From: Octopus vulgaris | Taxonomy: Eukaryota | Assembly: GCA_951406725.2 (NCBI GenBank) | Contig: OX597823.1 | Location: forward strand, 111,166,001 to 111,230,000 | Length of the DNA stretch: 64,000 nt | Reading direction: 5' to 3' | The notes under the pieces: generated by a model | Seen by the model: only the letters and a program-made list of their open reading frames with translations | Told to the model about the DNA's origin: nothing | Databases searched by the model: none | Shown here: positions 1-13,084 of the stretch, piece after piece | Numbering within the stretch: the first letter of the stretch is position 1 | Layout of the letters: the number at the start of each line of letters is the position of its first letter | Position numbers and translations under genes: made by a program

Positions 1-318
1 CTTTGTCTTTCATCCCTTCAGGGTCGATAAATTAAGTACCAGTTTCGCACTAGGGTCGATGTAATCGACTTAATCCCTTTATCTGTCCTTGTTTGTCCCC
101 TCTGTGGTTAGCCCCTTGAGGGTAGTAAAGAAATAGGTATTTCGTCTGTCGTTATGTTCTGAGTTCAAATTCCGCCGAGGTCAACTTTGTCTTTCATCCC
201 TTCGGGGTCGATAAATAAAGTACCAGTTTCGCACTGGGGTCGATGTAATCGACTTAATCCCTTTGTCTGTCCTTGCTTGTCCCCTCTATGTTTAGCCCAT
301 TCTGGGTAGTAAAGAAAT
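1..318 (+). mobile_element. SINE family A (tRNA-derived), tandem-dimer form, head cut off by the window edge
   Basis: Two ~185-bp units containing GAGGTCAACTTTG..CTTTCATCC..CGGGGTCGATAAAT.AAGTACCAG and ending AGTAAAGAAATA; same sequence as the full-length copy at 17409-17640. Confidence 0.9.
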
Positions 319-1169
319 ATATATATTTATGTATTTCAGCCACATTTATGCTACTGTTATTCTTCTTTCTGGATTCATTTCCTTTTAGTATCTTTTGCTC
401 ATTCTCAATATCTTCCCCCCACCACTTTATTTTCTCTTTGTGAGTCAATGATTTGTTGTGTGGACGCCCCCAGATGATGAAGTAGACTAGCCCAATATGT
501 AGATATAGAGGGAGAAGTCTAGACGTTGAGGAGAGTAGCAGTCGGAGTAGAAGAGTAGAGTTGAGTAGTAGAGGCATCCGAACGTGCGACGTAGCATGTC
601 TATTTTCCCCTTTCCAATGAACTCCATTATATGACTACCACAACTCATTTTTAATACCTCAAATCTACCCTCAACAACCATCTCCACCTTCATCTGCCAC
701 TCACTATTTCCAACCTTATGTATCCCTGACCTCCATCTCTGTTTCTACATGTCTTCCTCTTCGCCCACACTCTCTCATCCCATGCATCATTTTCCTATTT
801 CTTATTTATCTTCACTTTTATTATGCTATTGCTTTCCACCTATCTGTACTGTCAGTTACCATTTCCTTCTTTCTGAAATACTCTTAATTCTTTTAATTTC
901 TCCCCAACAACTAATATTTACCAATAGCCACATCTACTGCCTTGTCCTCTTATCATTACACTAAGCTCTACCCCCCATCTCTAATCATCTGTCACTCTCC
1001 TCTCACATTATTACGAAATCACCATTCACCCCTACCCCACTCCCTGATGCTCTCTCCGTATTTTCTCCTATACTCACCTTCAAGTACCTCAAGAATATGC
1101 CCTGACATGCAATCACCATCATTTTTATCACCCTTTGCAGCCACTCCCAACCATCCTTATGTAATGATT

Positions 1170-1376
1170 TCAAGATTTTGCCACAAGGGCAGCTTGGGGG
1201 AGGGGATTAAGTCATTACATCGACCCCAGTGCGTAACTGGTACTTATTTAATCGACCTTGAAAGGATTAAAGGCAAAGTCGACCTTGGCAGAATTTGAAC
1301 TCAGATCATAGCAGCAGACGAAATACCGCTAAGCATTTCACCCAATGTGTTAAGGATTCTGCCAGCTCTCTGCCTT
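1170..1376 (-). mobile_element. SINE family A (variant tail)
   Basis: Reverse complement of the family A head (GGCAGAGAGCTGGCAGAA...GAGTTCAAATTC) and body. Confidence 0.85.
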
Positions 1377-1589
1377 GGCCATCCTTATATAATGCATGGA
1401 AGTCATGTGTCTCTTTTACAGTAAGATACATACTCTTGTCCCCCGCCTATTATAGTTTAGCATTCCAATATCTATCATAAACACACCTCTCTTTCTACTA
1501 TTACTACTGCTACTACTACCACTACTACACTCCCATCCAATCTCAAATTTCTTCTGTCTTGCAAAGTACATAATGGTTTCACAAGTGCT

Positions 1590-1762
1590 GATTCTATGAA
1601 AAAGCACCCAGTACACTCTGCGAAATGGTTGGCATTTGGAAGGGCATCCAGCTATAGAAATAATGCCGAAACAGGCAATGCAGTTGCTTAGCTTGTCAGT
1701 TCTAGCTGAACCATCCAGTTCATGTCAGAATGGAAGATGGATATTAAGTGATGATGATGATT
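1590..1762 (+). mobile_element. RTE-LINE-type 3' tail (family C), diverged
   Basis: AAAAGCACCC..TGGTTGGCAT.TGGAAGGGCATCCAGCT..AGAAA followed by a (GAT)n tail, as in the ORF-bearing copy at 54650-55090. Confidence 0.75.
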
Positions 1763-3152
1763 ATGATGGTGGTGTGAACTACAACAGTGATGATGATACT
1801 CATATAAAATATATATGTACACTTACACTCAGACACACACATAAATATATACATGTACACTCATACATACACACACACACACACTGTCCCACTTATATAA
1901 AAATGTTATGGCCATTTTCCTCCATGGTTGTATGGGTCAGATGCTTCAGAGACTGTACTTTGCCAGTGGATGTACTTCATGTTACAAACCCAATTTATTT
2001 CGTACAACCTAAGTGATACAGTGAACATATTCTAACAACTAGTGTACACTTGTTTATATGTATATGCAATAAGATAGATGGACAGATAGCTAGATAGATA
2101 AGTAGGTAGGTAGATAGGTATGTATATAGATAGGTATAAAGAAAATACAGATGGATATTTTCATAAACAAGATAGTGTATATGGTTTAATTGATAAGTAG
2201 ATAGGTAAGAAGATAGGAAGAGATATATTGATGTGAAGAGAGATATATTGATGTGAAGACCATTAGATAAGGAGGAGGGCAAATATGTAAAAATACATGA
2301 AAGTCAAATGGTGGCAGCAGAAATGGTTGGAAAATGCCAAGGAATATAGAGTTAATGGTAAGAGAGTATAATGTTTTTGGTAAAGATATTAGTATTTGAA
2401 AGAAAACATAAGAGGGCAAGTATAGAGATTTTATGATGAGGAAGGAAGGAGGAAGGAGGAGGAGGAGGAGGAGCAGCAGGAGCAGCAGAAGCATGGAAGA
2501 GAGAGGAGGAGAAAGGAAAGAAAAGAAATAGAAGAAAATGACTGAAAAAGATGTCTGAGAAAAAGGAGGCCAATAATGTAAGAGAAGAAAAGGAGGATGA
2601 AGGAAAATGTTAAAAAGGGGTAAAGAAGAAGGAGAAAGTGAAAGAAAACAGGAAAGAGATACATGAGGATGGAAAAAGAACAGAGATGAGGAAGAGGAAG
2701 GAATCAAAGGGGAAGACAAAAAGGAGTGGGGCAGAGGTGTGGGTGGGCGGGGGGGGGAGTTCATGAATGTGGAAGAACTGGAAACATTTTAGTGATTGAG
2801 ATGATGATGATGGTGATGATGATGATGAGGATGCTGGTCATATTAATGATGATGACAGTGGTGGTGGTCAGGAGGAGGAAGGGTAGGGGAGTAAGAGAAG
2901 GGCAATAATCATGATGTTCACCAAAAAATAAAGTGTAGCCCATAAGAGAAAAGTTATAAAAAGAAAAAGACAAGGGAAAATAAGGTTTCCAATGTATATA
3001 CACATACACACACACAGAGGAACGTCCATACGTATATAAAGATCTATATACTTATATACACACACATATCAGTTAGGTTACACAGATATACACGTGTGTG
3101 TAAGTATCAATACTTGTTTCTTAATATGGATTTATGTGTGTTTATATATGTC

Positions 3153-3191
<39 letters not shown>

Positions 3192-3399
3192 GGCTAATAT
3201 AAATGTAAATAATATATACAGAGGATATGTATAAATATATGTATACATACATATATGTGTGTGCGTATGTATATATGTATGTGTGTGTGGATATATATAT
3301 GTGGTTGTGTTATGTATGAGTGTGTATACAAATATACATGCATGCATACATACATATATATATATATATACACATATAAATATATATATATACACACAT

Positions 3400-3467
<68 letters not shown>

Positions 3468-3615
3468 ACATCTAAGCATACACACATATACACACATATA
3501 CACACATAAGCACACACTCACGCCCTTATATATATATCTGCATAAAATCATGCATACACGAATATTTTTGCAGGGTCATATACCTCTACCTACATGTATA
3601 TATATATATGCATGT

Positions 3616-3655
<40 letters not shown>

Positions 3656-4042
3656 GTGTGCATATATATATAGATGTAGAGAGGGCAATAGGTAGGAAGG
3701 TAGGCTGGTAGTAGTGGAATGAAATCCTCTACATTAGTAGTGGACATTAAAAATGGACATAGTAAAAGAATCACACATTAAATTCTGACATTAAAAGATA
3801 AAAGGAAAGAAAAAGTCAGAGAAAAACGGTAAGTATTGGGGAGAGAGACAGGACAGAGATAAAAAATGCAAATGAGAAAGAACGTATCTATGACTATCGG
3901 TCTAGCTATCTCTATGTATATGTATGTGTGAGTGTGTACATGTATGTTTCTGTGTATATATATATGTGTGTGTGAGTGTGTATGTATAAATATATATGTA
4001 TGTATGTATGTATGTATATATATATATATATGTGTGTATATA

Positions 4043-4088
<46 letters not shown>

Positions 4089-4090
4089 TA

Positions 4091-4184
<94 letters not shown>

Positions 4185-4386
4185 TGAATCTATCAATATC
4201 TAGCTAACCATATATGTATAATATATTTGTATACACATACACACACATGCATATATATTTAATTATATACACATACATACATACATACATATATACATAC
4301 ATACAGACATACAGACATATAAATATATATAGTGAGACTGGCAGATAGACAGACAGATGGATAGATAGAAAAATAGATAGATAGAC

Positions 4387-4435
<49 letters not shown>

Positions 4436-4490
4436 GATAGATATATAGATAGATTGATAGATAGATAGATAGATAAACAGACAGACAGAC

Positions 4491-4608
<118 letters not shown>

Positions 4609-4784
4609 ATTGGGAGAGTGAAACATTGCAAGATGAAATATGATAAAATATTACATCTGATAAAAGAAAATAAATAATTGAAAAGATAAGAAATGGAAAT
4701 ATTATATATATGAAGGTTTAAATAAACTTGTATGGCTTTCTACATACATATACGTGTGCATCAGCATATATATACATACGCATA

Positions 4785-4854
<70 letters not shown>

Positions 4855-5570
4855 CATATATGTATAAATATACACGTGTATATATATGTTGTGTGTGTGC
4901 CTTTACATATATATATATATGTGTGTATATATGCTGTATACATAAATATGCACACAAATTTGGTAGATGACATTTTGATGAATTGAATATCTGCCGGAAG
5001 GAAGTGTACGTTATTCATGTATGTTTTTATGGATCTTAATGGTCAGAGATTGGCATGGCCATAGTGAAAGCCAGTCAACGGGACTTTGGTTGCAGAGCGC
5101 TTTGTAATGTGAGCATGTTGCATCCTTCACCAATCACTCTCTTTCTAACTCTCTCTTTCTGTAGAAGTATCTATGTATCTCTCTCTCACTATCTATCTAT
5201 ATATGTATCTATCTATCTATCTCTACTTTAGCCCAACCCTTCACCGTTCAAGCCATCTATCTCATACATTATACACTGCACTCCATCCAGCTCTCATCTA
5301 CTCCCCTCATTTTACTCTCTCTCTCTCTACCCTCTCTTTTTCCATTTATAGCACCTCTCTTGCCGTAACCAGCTTCTGTCGTTCTTATTCCAGCTTATTA
5401 GCATTTGATTCCGCTGACAGTCATGAAGTATGGCCATGAAGAAAGCATTCACCAAATATGATTGGCGAATGATATAGTGCTGGTCTGATTTGCGTTTTTG
5501 TATACATACATATATATATATATAAATGTATATGTATTATATATGCGCGCCTGTGTGTGTGTATGTATAT

Positions 5571-5620
<50 letters not shown>

Positions 5621-5788
5621 GTATAGTCATAGATATGGTAAGACAGATATATATACATAAACAAGCATCCTTGTGTATATGCATGCATGTAAAAACGTGT
5701 GACTATGTTTTCGTGCCCACACACGCATACACTCACATACATACACACACATATATACATATACATACACATACACACATACATACAA

Positions 5789-5820
<32 letters not shown>

Positions 5821-6182
5821 GTATATTAAATGGCAGTTGTTAGAATATTGGTTAGAATGCTTCCTTGTTCCTGTTTCTCCGGTCTCTGCTCAGAATTCAA
5901 ATTCTCCCAAGATCAATTTTTGCAGTTTATCCTTTTGGGGGTGGATAAGGAAGTATATTTATGCAGAGATGTGGGATGGCTTGAATTGTTAGGGCAATGG
6001 AAGAGATGCCTTGTGGTATCTGTCTCAGCTCCTTACATTCTGATTCCAAGTTCTACTTCATCCCCTAAAACGTAGATGCTTTCTGCTAGGTGAAGCTGAC
6101 TAAATATACCAGTAATTAAAATAAACAGAAATCTCAATGGAAACAAAGAAAGCTACCATTTATATATTATTTTATTCTATAA

Positions 6183-6403
6183 CTGGTTTCAGTCATTTGA
6201 CTGTGGCCATGCTGGAGCACTGCCTTGAAGGATTTTAGTCAAAGAAATGGTCTCCAGGACTTATTGTTTGTAAGCCTAGTACTTATCCTATCAGCATCTT
6301 TTACTGAACCACTAAGTTATGGGGATGTAAACACACCAACTTCAGTTGTCAAAAAATAGTGGTGGGGATAAACATAGATACAAAGACACATGCATAAATA
6401 TAA

Positions 6404-6434
<31 letters not shown>

Positions 6435-6597
6435 CAATGGGCTTCTTTCAGTTTCTGTCTACTAAATCCACTCACAAAGCTTTAATCGGCCCAAGGCAAT
6501 AGTAGAAGAGACTTGCCCAAGGTGCCACGCAATAGAAATAAACTCGGAACTATGTGGTTGAGAAGCAAGCTTCTTACCACATAGCCATGCCTGCACC
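6183..6597 (-). mobile_element. SINE family B (tRNA head, CORE-like GGCACCTTGGGCAAG domain, internal (TA)n)
   Basis: Matches the full copy at 9958-10350 in reverse. Confidence 0.9.
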
Positions 6598-6934
6598 TGT
6601 ATATATATTCTACTTGGTTCATTTATTGACTTTTGGCCATACTGGGGCACTGCCTTAACGTGTTTAGGGAAATCCATCCCTGTACAGATTTTTTATCTCT
6701 TGTGTTTATTCCATGGTCTCTTTTGCTGCAACATTTATCCACGGGGATATAAACAAACAAACACTGATTGTTAGGCTATGGTTGTTGTGACAAACACAAA
6801 CACAAAGGCCCACACACACACATATATACATTTATATACAACAAGCTTCGACATATACACACATGCCTTATCATTTTCTCTCCTCTATCTCTATCACCCT
6901 CAACACACACACACACTGTTAAATACTTTGGCAA

Positions 6935-7246
6935 AAGTGCATGACTAAGGGCTCACAATCATGAAGTAGTGAGTTCACTTCCCGGACCAGGCTGTGTGTT
7001 GTGTTCTTGAGCAAGACACTGTATTTCACATTGCTCAAGTTCACTCAGCTGTAGAATTGAGTTGTGACATCACTGATGCCAAGCTGTGTCAGCCTTTGCC
7101 TTTCCCCTGGATAACATTGATGGCATGGAGAGGGGAGGTTGGTATGCATGGATAACTGCTGGTCTTCCATAAACACCCTTACTTGTGCCTCAGAGGGAAA
7201 GTTTCTGGATGCAATTCCATGGTCATTCATAACTGAAGGGGGTCTT
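6935..7246 (+). mobile_element. SINE family D (tRNA-derived)
   Basis: B-box-like GAGTTCACTTCCC followed by GTGTTCTTGAGCAAGACACT; second copy at 43357-43680 (-). Confidence 0.8.
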
Positions 7247-7734
7247 GACTCTCTTTAAATACTTATGGTATGCAAAATAATTGTTCCAGTTCTGCATGGC
7301 TGCATGATTTGTTGAGTATAGATGCAGTCTGGCTACTTATAGGATTGCTCAAATGATGTAGACACTTCTTATGAGAACCTAATAAGTTTTGAAAATTGAT
7401 TAGCACTGTTCATCATTTTTTTCAATCTATGGAGAAATAGTTAAATTTGCTATGTTTGTGTGCCTGCTACATAGGTTTACATATATACCAGAATTTCTCA
7501 ACTGGGGTTCCACGGAACCCAAGGGTTCCGCAAAAGGTTCCAAAGGATTCTGTGAGAAAGAGTGAGATAAGCTAATGCTAATTTCATGATTGTAATATTA
7601 CTATACATGCACAAGATATTATTGGTCATTGTAATACAGAAATCATCCTATCTAACCTATTATGTTACCAAAAAAATTTAACAACCACATGTATATATGT
7701 ATATATATATATACACACACAACCAAGAAATATA

Positions 7735-7972
7735 AGAGGATTACAAACGTTAAGGCAAAGCAAACACCTCAAGTCATATGCATTATTATTATTGGAAAAA
7801 ATTCAGTCTTACAGCTGTTTCTGATATAGCCCTGAGTATGGGATATTCCATTACCAGAGACAAATATCCAATATTCAGGGATATCCCAGAAACAGCTGTA
7901 AGACCTTGAATTTTTTCCAATAATAATAATGTATATGACATGAGATGCTTTCCTTGACATTTGTTGTCCTCT
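7735..7972. repeat. Inverted repeat (~110-bp arms) of an HHR-bearing element
   Basis: GTCATATGCATTATTATTATTGGAAAAAATTCA-GTCTTACAGCTGTTTCTG is mirrored at about 7885-7939; imperfect match extends to AGAGGA/TCCTCT. Confidence 0.9.
7806..7861 (-). ncRNA. Degenerate type I hammerhead ribozyme
   Basis: GUCU-CUGGUAA(core, 2 mismatches to CUGAUGA)-long imperfect stem II-GAAA-CAGCUG(palindromic stem III)-UA-AGAC; stem I GUCU/AGAC. Confidence 0.7.
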
Positions 7973-8169
7973 TTAACATTGGAAATTTGCAATGGCCACC
8001 ATAACTACCATCTCAGCTATAACCTTGGAGCTTTAGTAATCCATTACAGCACTTACCTAGCGTACCTAATCATTTAGATCACCAGTGAACTAAACCCCCA
8101 TACTTTGTATATATATCCTTGTATATATATCCTCTGTCTTCCCCTTCTCGGGATCTTTCCTTTTCCTAT

Positions 8170-8204
8170 GTTTCTGACGAAGAGTTCTGCTCGAAACGTT
8201 AAAC
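8170..8204 (+). ncRNA. Minimal type I hammerhead ribozyme (Penelope-like type)
   Basis: GUUU-CUGACGA-A-GAG(UUCUG)CUC-GAAA-CGUU-AAAC: canonical core, stem I GUUU/AAAC, stem II GAG/CUC, palindromic AACGUU stem III. Confidence 0.85.
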
Positions 8205-8776
8205 CCTCCTTCTTCCCTTCTTTCCTGAGCGTCCAATAATACTTTATTTGTTCCCCGTCCTCACGTTGTTGTATATTTTTGTGTTTTCTTGTTTGGATTA
8301 ACTACATATATATATGATATTTACGATGTGAAATACGATGAAAAAACATATGATGTAGTATATATTTTCTGTGCAGGGGTTCATTGAGACATATTTTAAG
8401 GATTACACAAGGGTAAAAATGATGTGAAACACTGATATACACACACACATATATTATTGATGACAATAAGAATTTATAAATTTTCCATGAATCTTGAAGA
8501 GGCACATTAAGCCAAAAATAATAGCATGCAGATACTGGGTTGAAAAATTCTTTTGGATAGAAAAAGTCAAAGGTTGCTCATGGGATCTGAACGTGCATCT
8601 CCTGTAGACATGAAAGATGTTCTACCATTGGACCAAAGCAATCCTTGGAATTTCTGTATCCATTTTATAAACTTTCTTTTTACCAGTGAGAATTGGATTT
8701 TTTTTTTCATATCAGAATTAATAAACTTTCAAAAGAACATGAAGCAATTCATTACATGTTATTACTCACAACTTTG

Positions 8777-8998
8777 AAGATGGTGAGCTGGGAGAATCAT
8801 TAGCACACTGGGTAAAATGCTTAGCAGCATTTTGTCTGTCTTCATGTTCTGAGTTCAAATTCTGCCGAGGTCAATTTTGCCTTTCATCCTTTCGGGGTTG
8901 ATTAAATAAGTACCAGTTATGCAATGGGGTCAATGTAATAAACTAGCCAACCCCTCTACTATATTTCAGGCCTTGGGCCAATAGTAGAAAGGGTTATT
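8777..8998 (+). mobile_element. SINE family A (variant tail)
   Basis: Head GATGGTGAGCTGG..GAGTTCAAATTC plus the family A domain. Confidence 0.85.
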
Positions 8999-9259
8999 CA
9001 TAGCTTTATGCATGCGTTGAGATCCATTCAGAAACAGAATTATTTCACATCCTCTCATCATCTGCTGTTGAACTAGAAAAGACACGAAACATTGCAGCTA
9101 ATTTTCATCATATATGTGTGTTATACACACACATACACACATAGCCTACTTATATATCTATTTATATTGTGAAAGCAATGAAGACAGAATTAAAGAAGAC
9201 AGCACAGGTGAGACAAATTATCGTAAATTGTAGCTTAATGCTTAAACAAAATAGAAAGA

Positions 9260-9297
9260 GTGTTGATGTTTCAAGTGCTAGTCCTTCATCAGAAGAA
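9260..9297 (-). ncRNA. Degenerate minimal hammerhead ribozyme in a Penelope-like 3' end (element about 9160-9478)
   Basis: UU-CUGAUGA-AGG(ACUAGCA)CUU-GAAA-CAUC-AA; both core boxes intact, helices eroded (CAUC consistent with CpG decay of CGUC); pyrimidine-rich upstream, T-rich tail ending in TA-rich sequence. Confidence 0.6.
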
Positions 9298-9479
9298 AAA
9301 TTAGAAGAAAAGTAAAGTATGAAATGAGAGAACGTGGTTGGAGAAAAAATGTGGGTAGAGGATTTAGGGGTCATGTTCTATGTGATTTTTTTTTGTGGGC
9401 ACAGGTAAAGAAATGAAGGTGGGGCAGGGTATGGGAGTATAGCTGTGTATTTAGATGGATTTAAAAGGGAGAGGTGTAC

Positions 9480-9745
9480 ATCATCATCATCATCATCGTT
9501 TAACGTCCGCCTTCGATGCTAGCATGGGTCGGACGATTTGACTGAGATCTGTTGAACCAGATGGCTGCACCAGACTCCAATCTGATCTGGCAGAGTTTCT
9601 ATAGCCGGATGCCCTTCCTAATGCCAACCACTCCAAGAGTGTAGTGGGTGCTTTTATGTGCCACTGGCACAAGAGCCAGTTGGGTGGTACTGCCAACAGC
9701 CACACTAAAATGGTGCTTTCTATGTGCCACCTGCACAGGAGCCAT
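9480..9745 (-). mobile_element. RTE-LINE-type 3' tail (family C)
   Basis: (CAT)n-CGTTTAACGTCCG...GGATGCCCTTCCTAATGCCAACCAC. Confidence 0.9.
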
Positions 9746-9957
9746 ATATGGATTTTCTAGATTTTGTGTATGTGTGTAAAGATGTGGAAATGTAGGGGAG
9801 TGGCGGTGTGATTGGTTGGTGTGTAAGTGTGAGGAATTGTGTTTGAAGAAAGCATGGAGAGGAGGAGGCTTCACCGGGTATGAGTGTGAGGTGAAAGTGA
9901 AAGTAATGTCATCCACATACATATACATAGACACACACACACACAATGCATATATAT

Positions 9958-10350
9958 GGTGTAGGAGTGGCTGTGTGGTAAGTAGCGTGCTTACGAACTG
10001 CATGGTTCCGGGTTCAGTCCCACTGCATGGCACCTTGGGAAAGTGTCTTCTACTATAGCCTCGGGTCGACCAAAGCCTTGTGAGTGGATTTGGTAGACGG
10101 AAACTGAAAGAAGCCCGTCGTATATATGTATATATATATATATGTATGTGCATGTGTGTGTGTTTGTGTGTCTGTGTTTGTCCCCCGATGCTGGTGTCTT
10201 TATGTCCCTGTAACTTAGCGGTTTGGCAAAAGAGACCGACAGAATAAGCACTGGGCTAACAAAGAATAAGTTCCGGGGTCGAGTTGCTCGATTAAAAGGC
10301 GGTGCTCCAGCATGGCCGCAGTCAAGTGACTGAAGCAAGTAAACGAGTAA
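9958..10350 (+). mobile_element. SINE family B, full length
   Basis: GGAGTGGCTGTGTGGTAAG (A box)...GGTTCAGTCCC (B box), GGCACCTTGGG domain, internal microsatellite, tail GGTGCTCCAGCATGGCCGCAGTC..AAGTAAA. Confidence 0.9.
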
Positions 10351-10430
10351 AAAAAAAAGAGTATATGTGCGTTTTTATGTATGTATGCTTGCTTAATTCA
10401 TTCATTTGTATCAATGATAAGTGCATGTGT

Positions 10431-10655
10431 GTAGTGGGTATTCAAGTGTATGTGTGTAGTGGGTAGTCATGTGTATGTGTGTAGTGGGTAGTCATGTGTA
10501 TGTGTGTAGTGGGTAGTCATGTGTATGTGTGTAGTGGGTAGTCATGTGTATGTGTGTAGTGGGTAGTCATGTGTATGTGTGTAGTGGGTAGTCATGTGTA
10601 TGTGTGTAGTGGGTAGTCATGTGTATGTGTGTAGTGGGTAGTCATGTGTATGTGT
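10431..10655. repeat. 25-bp minisatellite, 9 copies
   Basis: Unit GTAGTGGGTAGTCATGTGTATGTGT starting at 10431, 10456 ... 10631; only the first unit differs. Confidence 0.95.
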
Positions 10656-11085
10656 GTGTGCTGTGTACTGATGAGAACGTTTATTTCCTGAGACCTTTTT
10701 TGGTACAAGAGAACAGAAAAGAAAAGTCTTCATGCTGGCAAACCCTTGTGGCTTTATTAGCTATTGGCAATGATGGAAATTTCACCAGAATTTTGCTGCC
10801 AGCTTTCTAAAAGCAGTTCTGTTATTTATGAAGACATTGAGTATATTTCAGAGTTTTGGATGACAGCCCCTCCCTCACATAAATATGTATCATCAGTTAC
10901 ATGTTTAAAGAGACATGCATAGATTAATATATACACATATATACACTCACTCACACACACATACACATATGCGCAAGCATATACACACATTCATACACAA
11001 GCATGCACACACACACACACACAAGCATATATATACACACATTCACTCACTCTCACACACACATTTGCATGTGTGTATGCATATA

Positions 11086-11503
11086 CCTATTTCTTTACTA
11101 CACACAAGGGGCTAAACACAGAGAGGGCAAACAAGGACAGACAAAAGGATTAAGTCGATTATACCGACCCCAGCGCATAACTGGTACTTATTTAATCGAC
11201 CCTGATAGGATGAAAGACAAAGTTGACCTCGGCGGAATTTGAACTCAGAACGTAGCGACAGACGAAATACCTATTTCTTTACTACCCACAAGGGGCTAAA
11301 CATAGAGGGGACAAACAAGGACAGACGTAGGTATTAAGTCGATTACATCGACCCCAGTGCGTAACTGGTACTTAATTTATCAACTCTGAAAGGATGAAAG
11401 GCAAAGTCGACCTCGGCGGGATTTGAACTCAGAACATAACGGCAGAAGAAATACCGCTTAGCATTTTGCCCGGCATGCTAACGATTCTGCCAGCTTGCAG
11501 CCT
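11086..11503 (-). mobile_element. SINE family A, tandem dimer
   Basis: Head plus two body units with junction GACGAAATACCTATTTCTTTACT; flanking duplication CATATACC. Confidence 0.9.
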
Positions 11504-11652
11504 TATACATATACCACTATATGAACAGCCTTTTTTCTACAATATGCTAGAAGTGTTGCTTACCCGCACTGGAATGAGGGAAATAATCAAGTGTAAAAAT
11601 ACAAAGATAATATGGAGAGGAGAAGAGATTTGCAGAAGGCAAATGAGTGGTT

Positions 11653-11911
11653 ACTCTTTTACTCTTTTACTTGTTTCAGTCATTTGACTGCGGCCATGCT
11701 GGAGCACCACCTTTAATCGAGCAAATCGACCCCAGGATTTATTCTTTGGAAGCCTAGTTAGTACTTATTCTATTGGTCTCTTTTGCAGAACCGCTAAGTC
11801 ACGGGGTCATAAACACACCAGCATCGGTTGTCAAGCGATGTTGAGGGACAAGCACAGACACACAAGCATATACACATGCGCATACACACACACACACAAT
11901 CTCACACACAT

Positions 11912-11975
<64 letters not shown>

Positions 11976-12373
11976 CCATGATAAATCGTTTGCTCCTACA
12001 TGCAATTTTTTTTCTCTCCTTGTTTCTCTTCTTGTTTCTTTTTTGTGTATCTTTCTGTGGAAGAGCATAGGCTTGAAAGGTAAAAGACTTGTTCTATTTC
12101 TATTCCTGAGCGCCATACTAATATATTTGTTTATTTGTACTCCACCTGCCTTCATCTTTTGTTTATTTTCGTAAACCTTCCCGTTATATATATATATATA
12201 TACATATATACGATGGGCTTCTTTCAGTTTCCATCTACCAAATCCACTCACAAGGCTTTGGTCGGCCCGAGGCTATAGAAGAAGATACTTGCCAAGGTGC
12301 CATGCAGTGGGACTGAACCCAGAACCATGTGGTTGGTAAGCAAGCTACTTACCACACAGCTACTCCTGCGCCT
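11653..12373 (-). mobile_element. SINE family B interrupted in its (TA)n tract by an HHR-like element (about 11971-12185)
   Basis: Tail at about 11653-11900 and head at about 12205-12373 flank a foreign ~215-bp insert. Confidence 0.9.
12050..12087 (+). ncRNA. Hammerhead-like motif, CUGUNGA-core family, degenerate copy
   Basis: UCUUU-CUGUGGA-A-GAGC(AUAG)GCUU-GAAA-GGUA-AAAGA; homologous to 33892 and 63806. Confidence 0.6.
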
Positions 12374-12664
12374 ATTGTTGATGTTTACCTTTTAGATAAA
12401 ATGTGATAAATTTTGGAATATCATTTTTTTACCTCATAACATTTGATGTCCTATTTTTTCACTTTTCCCACTAAATGGATAATATAAATGTGTATCACAC
12501 ACAGTCATTCTTACACACTCACCGGTAAACACAACACACATATGCACACATACACATACACACACATGCACATATGCATGCACACACACACACACACATG
12601 CATGCGTACATGTGCTATCACATGCTTGTTCCTCTGCATCTCTATATACTCATGTATGTATAAA

Positions 12665-13084
12665 CCTATTTCTTTACAACCCACAAGGGGCTAAATACAG
12701 AAGGGACAAACAAGGACAGACAAATGGATTAAGTCGATTATATCGACCCCAGTGCGTAACTAGTACTTAATTTATCGACCCCGAAAGGATGAAAGGCAAA
12801 GTCGACCTTGGCGGAATTTGAACTCAGAACGTAAAGACAGACGAAATACCTGTTTCTTTACTCCCCACAAGGGGCTAAACACAGAGAGGACAAACAAGGA
12901 CAGACAAATGGATTAAGTCGATTATATCGACCCCAGTGTGTAATTGGTACTTATTTAATCGACCTCGAAAGGATGAAAGGCAAAGACGGCCTCAGCGGAA
13001 TTTGAACTCCAAACGTAATGGCAGACAAAATGCGGCTATGCATTTCACCCGGCGTGCTAATGTTTCTGCCAGCTCACCGCCTTA
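12665..13084 (-). mobile_element. SINE family A, tandem dimer
   Basis: Same internal junction as the 11086 copy; 16-bp TSD CATGTATGTATAAACC. Confidence 0.92.

Larger units (their letters stand above)
7489..8434. mobile_element. hAT-type non-autonomous DNA transposon hosting nested HHR-bearing inserts
   Basis: Imperfect TIRs CAGAATTTCTCA / TGTGAAACACTG (9/12); 8-bp flanks ATATATAC / ATATACAC; subterminal GGGGTTCC..GGAACCC motifs. The flanks are low complexity, so the TSD is weak evidence. Confidence 0.5.

Noticed and set aside
2186-2764. 192-aa F/L/S-rich ORF resembling a membrane protein
   Set aside because: It is the translation of a purine/pyrimidine-biased low-complexity tract.
10431-10655. 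Regular 25-bp array as a possible CRISPR
   Set aside because: Units are contiguous with no unique spacers, there are no cas genes, and the context is eukaryotic.
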